Part shown: one piece after another, positions 1-6,137 of the stretch
Layout: each line of letters begins with the position of its first letter
Numbering within the stretch: position 1 is the stretch's first letter
NCBI GenBank assembly: GCA_964632315.1
Contig: CAZWEM010000071.1
Span: forward strand, 1-15,668
Direction: 5' to 3'
Length of the DNA stretch: 15,668 nt
From: an uncultured archaeon
Lineage (GTDB): Archaea; Asgardarchaeota; Lokiarchaeia; Sigyniarchaeales; SOKP01
Translations under genes and position numbers: made by a program
Notes under the pieces: generated by a model
Databases searched by the model: none
What the model saw: the letters and a program-made list of their open reading frames with translations, nothing else
Told to the model about the DNA's origin: nothing

Positions 1-85
1 TTTATTTTCTTAACATCAAAAGATTTATATTGCTAATTTAATAAAGTAGAATGGGTATAGGAAATCTATAAGGGGGAAAAACAGA

Positions 86-196
86 ATAAAATTAAGAGAT
101 TTATATACGTATATTCTTACTGTAATAGGTTTAGCAGCTTTGGGTACGTTAGGTTATTTGATCATATTTCTTGCAGGTTTATTTATTAGTGGATAA
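86..196 (+). CDS. Putative small single-TM membrane protein (start uncertain; no in-frame ATG)
   Basis: Frame open 50-196 reads ...IKLRDLYTYILTVIGLAALGTLGYLIIFLAGLFISG*, with a long hydrophobic segment. AGGGGG at 71-76 precedes ATA at 86. TATA-like TTTATAT at 24-30. Converges on the 205-804 gene. Confidence 0.4.
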   Translation: MKLRDLYTYILTVIGLAALGTLGYLIIFLAGLFISG

Positions 197-204
197 CATA
201 TCTT

Positions 205-804
205 TTATTTAAATAGCCTTTTAGTTCCATTTATCCTTATTTCTAATAAAATTCGTTCAAATAGTTCCTTAGCTTTCTCATAATTTTCAAATCTTTGTTC
301 ATGTTTACGAAATTCCTCTGAGTGATTTTTAAATTTAATATGTAATAATTCATGATATAAAATGTACTTGATTAGGTATTTTGGCGCATTTTTAAAGCTA
401 CTTGAAATTAGTATTTCATTGCGTAGTCCGCCCGTTCGTTTATGCTTAAAATAATTTCCCCCTACTCTATAAGTAACCTTAGCATTCCATTTCACTTTAA
501 CAGAATCTAAAAGCCTTTTTTGTTCAATATCAAAACTTTGAAAAATTTCATACTCTTTTTTGACTTCAGTTAACAATAATAACAAATCTTCATCTCTATT
601 GATATTAGATCTCTCAAAGGGAGGTATGGGAAGATTAAGGCTTTCATCCTTAAATAACAGAAGATATGGTACCCGATATACTGATTTATCAACTTTAACC
701 GTAGCCGTCTTTTGATTTTTTTTAACCACTTTTGCTTCCAAGCTTTCTCCTCTATGCGGGAAAAACACATTATCTCCAACTTCTAAAATTTCTTTCTTAA
801 TCAT
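205..804 (-). CDS. Zinc metallopeptidase (SprT-like / YgjP-M48-like) with N-terminal SH3/KOW-like beta-barrel
   Basis: YILYHELLH..KNHSEEF (HExxH plus downstream His) preceded by ILISSSFKNAPKYLIKY, typical of YgjP/SprT-like zincins. N-terminus LEVGDNVFF...AKVVKKNQKTATV...YRVPYLLL has a KOW/SH3-like pattern. Confidence 0.8.
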   Translation of the reverse strand: MIKKEILEVGDNVFFPHRGESLEAKVVKKNQKTATVKVDKSVYRVPYLLLFKDESLNLPIPPFERSNINRDEDLLLLLTEVKKEYEIFQSFDIEQKRLLDSVKVKWNAKVTYRVGGNYFKHKRTGGLRNEILISSSFKNAPKYLIKYILYHELLHIKFKNHSEEFRKHEQRFENYEKAKELFERILLEIRINGTKRLFK

Positions 805-908
805 TCTCGATGCGGAAGTTAAAAAATTTACTAATTAATGGTCTATTAAAACTAAAGATGAAAAAGATATTTAAATTAAATCTAATTTCTTATTTTCTGC
901 TTAATGTT

Positions 909-1664
909 TCAAATCAATTTAAACAAAGTATCTTGAATTTTGTTTATGAGTTCTTTTGAGAGATCATTTATAAATTCGGGAGGTAATTTTTCTAAATATT
1001 CTTCTAATTCATAATGTACGACTGTATTAATGTTTACCATCATGTCTTCTATTAGATCATGTTTTCTAAGATATCTATTTTTGAAATTAAGAATGTAGTT
1101 TCTATTCATTTTCTTTAACCACGCGGTTCCCTCACGTTCCAAAACTCTTAGAAGCTTCCTACTTCCAGTTGCATTAAAATTTTGGAATTCAAATTGATAT
1201 TTCATCAAATTTTCTTTAATCTTGTCTATTAAGCTTCTTTTTTCTTTAGAATTTAATTCTGTGTTTGAATTTAATAGAGCAATGACCATGAACTTATCTA
1301 ATAAGAAATAAATTTGAACTTTAATATTAGAACCATCAATTTCAAAGTGAGATAAATTTTGAATGTTGATTTGACTTGCAATTGCTTTTAAAGAACTAAA
1401 ATACATTGGAATTAACTCTAACAGATTTTCGTCATCCCTCGATAAATAGGATTTTATCGGACCGTAATTTGACTCATTATTTTCACCATATTCTATTACC
1501 ATGAGTGAATATCCATCTAAATTTGAGATGATAAGTCCAATTATGGGAGGAGTGCTATCAAAATTACATGTTTTAAATGCAATATCACAAATCTGTTGTT
1601 CTATTATTTTTGTCGGTTCAAAATTAGAACGCTTTATTTTATTATGTTGCTTTAACTTATTCAT
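909..1664 (-). CDS. Hypothetical protein, probable longin/roadblock-like domain plus helical C-terminus
   Basis: 251-aa ORF. Pattern IIGLIISNLDGYSLMVIEY (beta-hairpin), LIPMYFSSLKAIASQI (helix), LSHFEIDG / IKVQIYF / FMVIALL (three strands), then helices, matching longin/roadblock topology. Confidence 0.6.
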   Translation of the reverse strand: MNKLKQHNKIKRSNFEPTKIIEQQICDIAFKTCNFDSTPPIIGLIISNLDGYSLMVIEYGENNESNYGPIKSYLSRDDENLLELIPMYFSSLKAIASQINIQNLSHFEIDGSNIKVQIYFLLDKFMVIALLNSNTELNSKEKRSLIDKIKENLMKYQFEFQNFNATGSRKLLRVLEREGTAWLKKMNRNYILNFKNRYLRKHDLIEDMMVNINTVVHYELEEYLEKLPPEFINDLSKELINKIQDTLFKLI

Positions 1665-1787
1665 TTATCATATACTCTCAAAATTTCGATTAGAGAGGAA
1701 AAGTAGGTATAATTACATTAATAAAAAAGGACTGTAATTGTTTTGTGAGTCATAATATGTTGTAGATGATATGAGAAAAACTGATTT

Positions 1788-2015
1788 TTATGATTTTTCA
1801 ATTTTAATATAATAATTTTCGCCATTGATTTTAAATTCTAAAACTGTATGTCCTTGTTGTTCAACATAGCGTTTGATATTTTCTCCAGATTCAGCGAAAT
1901 CTCCCTCAACCTCTAATACATCTCCGATTTGTAGCTCATTCAGCTTCTTTTTAGTTTTTGCTACTGGTAAGGGACATACTAATCCATTTAATTTTATTAT
2001 ATGTATTTTTGACAT
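1788..2015 (-). CDS. tusA: Sulfurtransferase TusA/SirA family protein
   Basis: 75 aa; GLVCPLPVAKTKKKL (CPxP motif), GDVLEV. AGGAGG RBS at 2023-2028 (minus strand). Confidence 0.92.
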   Translation of the reverse strand: MSKIHIIKLNGLVCPLPVAKTKKKLNELQIGDVLEVEGDFAESGENIKRYVEQQGHTVLEFKINGENYYIKIEKS

Positions 2016-2022
2016 TTCTATT

Positions 2023-2028
2023 CCTCCT
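2023..2028 (-). promoter_or_regulatory. Shine-Dalgarno AGGAGG of tusA overlapping the dsrE-family stop codon (likely translational coupling)
   Basis: Minus strand reads TAGGAGGAATAGAAATG. Confidence 0.75.
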
Positions 2029-2386
2029 AACTAAATAATACGTTATCTGCTTCTTCACACATACTAACAAATCCGTTCATAGTTGTTTTTGAGATGCCTG
2101 GTATTAACTCATCATCAGTAAGACCCCTTGCTCTCATGCAAACGCCACACGCTAAAACTCTTGCTCCTTCTTCAATTACATCTTTCATCCATTTTCCTAC
2201 ATTATCGTAAGTTTGTGGATCTTGGTTGTTTTTTCCTACAAATATTCCATCTTCAACTAAGAAAATATTGATATTATGGCCTTCTAATAAGGCTGTATAA
2301 GCAAACCTAAGCATAGTGTATGGTCTTTCTGATGTATAGGCGCCGTCTCCAATAACAATAGTGAACGTTTTTTTCTTGTCGGACAT
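2027..2386 (-). CDS. DsrE/DsrF/TusD family sulfur-relay protein
   Basis: 119 aa; GAYTSERPYTMLRFA, INIFLVEDGIF and LACGVCMRARG (conserved active-site Cys region of the DsrE family). Confidence 0.9.
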   Translation of the reverse strand: MSDKKKTFTIVIGDGAYTSERPYTMLRFAYTALLEGHNINIFLVEDGIFVGKNNQDPQTYDNVGKWMKDVIEEGARVLACGVCMRARGLTDDELIPGISKTTMNGFVSMCEEADNVLFS

Positions 2387-2447
2387 TTAGCATTCCTTTT
2401 TTAACTTATTTTACTTAATTCTTAATAGAAGAAATATTCATCAAAAT

Positions 2448-2487
2448 ATTAATGTTTTCGATTTATATTATTAATAAAATTGATAAT
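2448..2487. promoter_or_regulatory. Putative tandem LysR-type operator (two T-N11-A boxes)
   Basis: ATTAATGTTTTCGAT (2448-2462) and ATTAATAAAATTGAT (2470-2484), 22 bp apart. The second lies within the dyad ATTATTAAT-AAA-ATTGATAAT (2467-2487) in the divergent dsrE/lysR intergenic region. Confidence 0.6.
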
Positions 2488-3395
2488 TGACAAAAAAGAT
2501 GAATATCGATATTTTACGAAATTTCATAAAATTAACAGAATATCAGAGTTTTTCAGATTTAGCTAAAGATCTTCCAATAGCACAAAGTACCCTCTCTCAT
2601 CAGATCTCACAGTTAGAGAAGGATTTAGATTTGATTTTAATAGAACGTTCAACAAAAAAGTTCGAAATTACAGAAGCGGGAAGTCTTTTTCTAAAATATG
2701 CTAGAGAAATAATAAATCTTTATGACAAATGTCTTCAAGAGTTATCGAAATTTAGTGAACAAGCACACGAAGATATCGTAATCTCGGCCTCTACAATACC
2801 TGGTTCGCACATTCTCCCTAAATATATCGCTTATTTTAGCAATAAAAATCCTAATGTTAATTTTAAAGTATTAATCAATGATTCTCAAAAATCGATTGAA
2901 AATCTTAATAAAAAATTAGCAGATTTCGCAGGAATTGGAAGTTTTATTAATTATGATCCGAAGGACTACGATGTTATAAACATCGGCAATGATGAATTAA
3001 AATTTATTTGTTCACCTTCTCACGAATTATTAAAGAAACATAAAGATAATCGGGTGAGTTTTGAAGAAATACTACCTTATCCATTTGTATGGAGAGAAAA
3101 GGGTTCTGGAATGCGAGATGTATTTACAAATCAATATCCCGATTATAACAAATTAAATATTGAATTAGAAATCAATAATAATGATTCAATAATATCCACT
3201 GTCAGTGAATCAAATTATATTAGCATTATGAGTGAGATAATGGCAAAAAAAGCCGAAAATGCTGGTTTAATAAAAATATTAGAGGTTAAAAATCGTCCTA
3301 TTATTGTTAAGAGACCCCTATTCTTAATTAGAAGAAAGGATGAAGAGCTAAGTGAATTAAAAACTAATTTTTGGAATTACATTCTAAGGCAATAA
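2487..3395 (+). CDS. LysR-family transcriptional regulator, CysL-like / selenium-metabolism-associated type (ATG at 2499 is an alternative start)
   Basis: wHTH SFSDLAKDLPIAQSTLSHQISQLEKDL..LIERSTKKFEITEAG; substrate-domain motifs ISASTIPGSHILP and WREKGSGMR. Confidence 0.92.
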   Translation: MTKKMNIDILRNFIKLTEYQSFSDLAKDLPIAQSTLSHQISQLEKDLDLILIERSTKKFEITEAGSLFLKYAREIINLYDKCLQELSKFSEQAHEDIVISASTIPGSHILPKYIAYFSNKNPNVNFKVLINDSQKSIENLNKKLADFAGIGSFINYDPKDYDVINIGNDELKFICSPSHELLKKHKDNRVSFEEILPYPFVWREKGSGMRDVFTNQYPDYNKLNIELEINNNDSIISTVSESNYISIMSEIMAKKAENAGLIKILEVKNRPIIVKRPLFLIRRKDEELSELKTNFWNYILRQ

Positions 3396-3461
3396 AAAAC
3401 AACCATACGGTTTAAATCTTCATATTTTAAGTACAAAGCGCCTTGACATTAAATTTCTAGA

Positions 3462-3476
3462 TAAAACTTTTATAAA
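3462..3476 (+). promoter_or_regulatory. Putative archaeal BRE/TATA promoter for the dienelactone hydrolase
   Basis: TAAAACTTTTATAAA about 60 bp upstream of ATG 3537; GGAG RBS at about 3524-3527. Confidence 0.45.
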
Positions 3477-3536
3477 TTACTGAGCAATTCTTTCAATTAA
3501 AAATAATAAGATTTATTTAATCTGGAGTAATGTTTC

Positions 3537-4343
3537 ATGAAAATTGTAGAAGAAAATTTTACCATCAAATGCTCTGATGGAATTGATCTGATGACTTATC
3601 TCGCAAGACCACATGAACTTGGTCAGTATCCAGGTCTTTTTGTTATTCATGAAATTTGGGGACTAAATGATCAAATTAAAGGAGTAGCTAGGCGGTATGC
3701 AGAACAAGGATACGTGGCATTAGCTCCTCATCTTTTTAGTAGTCATGAAATTCTTACTGAAAAAAATATTCGAAAAGCAATGGGCCCCTTTTTTTCCATA
3801 CCACGAGAAAAAAGAAGCGATCCGTCATCATTAAAAACCCTCATGGAAAACATGTCAGACGACAATCGAGAAATTGTCAATCTTTTATTTCTAGAGAGGC
3901 AAACTCTAGAAAAAAACATAATCATTGAGGCAAAAGATTGCTATGATTATCTTAGTAATCTGTCCGTAGTAAACGATAAAATTGGAGTGACTGGCTTTTG
4001 TTTTGGAGGGGGATTAGCCCTTCATCTCTCAACTGAATTTCCATTTAATGCCTCTGTCATTTTTTATGGAGCTAATCCGAAATCAATTGAATCTGTATCT
4101 AACATAAAAGGCCCCGTTCTCTCTATATATGCTGGTGAAGATGATATGGTTGATGCAGGGATCCCAACACTCGTACGAGCTATGGTTAAGTATAAAAAAA
4201 CTTACGCTATGAAACTTTATGAGGGGGTTCAACACGCCTTCTTTAATGAAACTAGCTCGATCTACAATAAAACAGCAGCGGAAGATGCGTGGCAAATGGC
4301 TATAAATTTTTTCCATCGCTACTTAAAATCTTCAAAGGGTTGA
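3537..4343 (+). CDS. Dienelactone hydrolase family protein (alpha/beta hydrolase)
   Basis: PGLFVIHEIWGLN, nucleophile elbow GFCFGG, AGEDDMV (Asp) and YEGVQHAFFN (His) give a complete Cys-Asp-His triad. Confidence 0.93.
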   Translation: MKIVEENFTIKCSDGIDLMTYLARPHELGQYPGLFVIHEIWGLNDQIKGVARRYAEQGYVALAPHLFSSHEILTEKNIRKAMGPFFSIPREKRSDPSSLKTLMENMSDDNREIVNLLFLERQTLEKNIIIEAKDCYDYLSNLSVVNDKIGVTGFCFGGGLALHLSTEFPFNASVIFYGANPKSIESVSNIKGPVLSIYAGEDDMVDAGIPTLVRAMVKYKKTYAMKLYEGVQHAFFNETSSIYNKTAAEDAWQMAINFFHRYLKSSKG

Positions 4344-4349
4344 TCTATT

Positions 4350-4490
4350 ATGAAAGAAGAAAACAAAGAATTACCCGATTTAATTTGGTCTTGTTTTATA
4401 AATTGGCTAAATACATTAGAAAAAGTAGGAGATTTCGAATTAGAGAATCAACAAAATTTAGGAGAAATATTAAAACCAGAAAAATCTTAG
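4350..4490 (+). CDS. Small acidic hypothetical protein (46 aa; possibly frameshifted and extending to 4552)
   Basis: ATG 6 nt after the hydrolase stop: MKEENKELPDLIWSCFINWLNTLEKVGDFELENQQNLGEILKPEKS*. Composition is more protein-like than the overlapping 4289-4552 ORF. Confidence 0.45.
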   Translation: MKEENKELPDLIWSCFINWLNTLEKVGDFELENQQNLGEILKPEKS

Positions 4491-4676
4491 AGGATTTCTA
4501 TGGATTCGACAGTTTAAACGATTTAAATTTTGTATTGCAAGGAACTATTTAATTAAATTACAGATAATTTCAAAATCTAATAAAATCTTAATTTGCATTT
4601 GTTCACTTGTTCTAATCTAAAAAAGAATAATTAACAATTCCTAAATTTTTCTTAATAAAAAAATAAAGATATTAAA

Positions 4677-6059
4677 TTATTTAATCAAAACACCAGTTTT
4701 ATCGAAATTTAAGAAATAGCTTATCTTTTCCTTTAATGGATATATTCCTTCTTTAAACAAGATATATAAGAATAACACAAAAAATAGGACTGATCCCAAT
4801 CCTGGAGCAATATTGCTCACTATATCAACTGTAGTTGATGAGACGTCCCAAGAAAGTAGTGTTTGTACAAGAGAACCAACAGCGATCAAAATTGAAATTA
4901 ATGATATTATCATGGCCGTTCTCTTGCTTACATCCAAGTGTAAAGGACCAATATCCACATGGAAATGTTTTGGTTGAACGATTACAGATAGTATTGAATG
5001 ATTAATCACATTTTCCTCAAATTCCACATAAACATTGAGATGTCTTCTTTCTCCTTCCCTTTTTTCTTTTTTAGTACGCTTACCTTTTTTCTTAACGGGT
5101 AACACTGAAAAAATCATTACAGGAGGATTAATTGCATCTTTTTTAACAATAACATTACCAAATAAGGGATGAATTTCGAAGTCTTCTCCCTCAACCCGTA
5201 AATTTAGAATTGGAGGTTCCTTTTTTGTAGTACTTATTTTAAAAGATGTTTCAAAAATTGTCTTTCCCTCTTCATCAACAATTTTCAGTTCTTTGTGAGA
5301 GAAATAAACGTAAAAGAGATAACTTGTTTGTTCCATCATAACTGAATAGTATTGAAGTCCCATATTTATTTCATAGGTAGTTTGTATTGTTTCTTCTTCC
5401 TTATCTGCATCTGGTTTTAATAAAAAAGATTCTGCCGGAAGATCTGAAAGAATTTTTACAGATTCCTCTTTAGCTGCTTTAGGTACTGGTGCTGGAGCAC
5501 CGGGAGGGCTTGTTGGGGTAGATACAGTGGATGGTGGTGCTGAGGGGGGAGTTGCTCTTGATCTTTCTTTTTCTTCAGGATATTCATCAAATTTATCTTC
5601 TTCTTCTAATCTGTAATCTTCCTCAGAATATTCTTCTTCCTCTTGCTTTGAAAATACATCCTTATAAACAGGTTTTTTAGCTTTTCTTTTATGAGGAGCA
5701 AATGATATTACTTTCTTTTTGGATTCATCCTTTCTCTCTTCTTGAGGTTCAAGTGTTTTTTTTACATCTTTCTCTATGTGTTTTTCAGCGTGTCTTTTTT
5801 TAATTAATGATAATTTTTTTAACGCTGTTTTTTCAGAGATAGGATAATTAAGAACGAAGTCAACTATTGATATTTTTTCTCGCGAGAGAGAATTAATGTT
5901 TAAAGCATCGAAGATATCATCCAATATTCGAGAAAGTTTAGTAGATTTCTTATAATTCCCGATAAAAACAATATCCAAAAGATATACTGACAAAACTTCG
6001 GTTTTAGGATCATAAAATATTTTATTGGTAGGAATTTTTAACTCTTGAATTGATTGCAT
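4677..6059 (-). CDS. Hypothetical membrane-anchored protein: small N-terminal alpha/beta domain, acidic and Pro-rich disordered linker, beta-rich domain, two C-terminal TM helices
   Basis: 460-aa ORF; EEEEYSEEDYRLEEED and PPSAPPSTVSTPTSPPGAPAPVP linker; hydrophobic segments AMIISLISILIAVGSLVQTLL and IAPGLGSVLFFVLFLYILF. Confidence 0.8.
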   Translation of the reverse strand: MQSIQELKIPTNKIFYDPKTEVLSVYLLDIVFIGNYKKSTKLSRILDDIFDALNINSLSREKISIVDFVLNYPISEKTALKKLSLIKKRHAEKHIEKDVKKTLEPQEERKDESKKKVISFAPHKRKAKKPVYKDVFSKQEEEEYSEEDYRLEEEDKFDEYPEEKERSRATPPSAPPSTVSTPTSPPGAPAPVPKAAKEESVKILSDLPAESFLLKPDADKEEETIQTTYEINMGLQYYSVMMEQTSYLFYVYFSHKELKIVDEEGKTIFETSFKISTTKKEPPILNLRVEGEDFEIHPLFGNVIVKKDAINPPVMIFSVLPVKKKGKRTKKEKREGERRHLNVYVEFEENVINHSILSVIVQPKHFHVDIGPLHLDVSKRTAMIISLISILIAVGSLVQTLLSWDVSSTTVDIVSNIAPGLGSVLFFVLFLYILFKEGIYPLKEKISYFLNFDKTGVLIK

Positions 6060-6137
6060 TGAAATCTCTTTTCTTTAAATTAATGTTGTAAGATTAAAAA
6101 AATTCAAATTTTATATAGCTTTCTAATAATAATTCTT

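Noticed and set aside
570-779. 69-aa alternative-frame ORF inside the metallopeptidase gene
   Set aside because: Fully nested in a well-supported CDS with no recognisable motifs.
1501-1737. 78-aa plus-strand ORF
   Set aside because: Antisense shadow of the 909-1664 gene.
1788-2386. Possible selenoproteins (TusA/DsrE with Sec) and a SECIS element
   Set aside because: Active-site residues are ordinary Cys codons, there is no in-frame TGA, and I found no convincing SECIS-like hairpin in 1665-1787.
3443-3448. TTGACA bacterial -35 hexamer (also at 2487-2492)
   Set aside because: No good -10 box at 16-18 bp spacing; TATA/BRE-type signals fit better.
3743-4316. Minus-strand ORFs 3743-3925 and 4083-4316
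   Set aside because: Antisense shadows of the dienelactone hydrolase.
4289-4552. 87-aa ORF as given in the track
   Set aside because: Overlaps the hydrolase by 55 bp and its Arg-rich N-terminal part looks like an off-frame read; the ATG 4350 frame is more plausible, and only the last 23 or so codons may be real.
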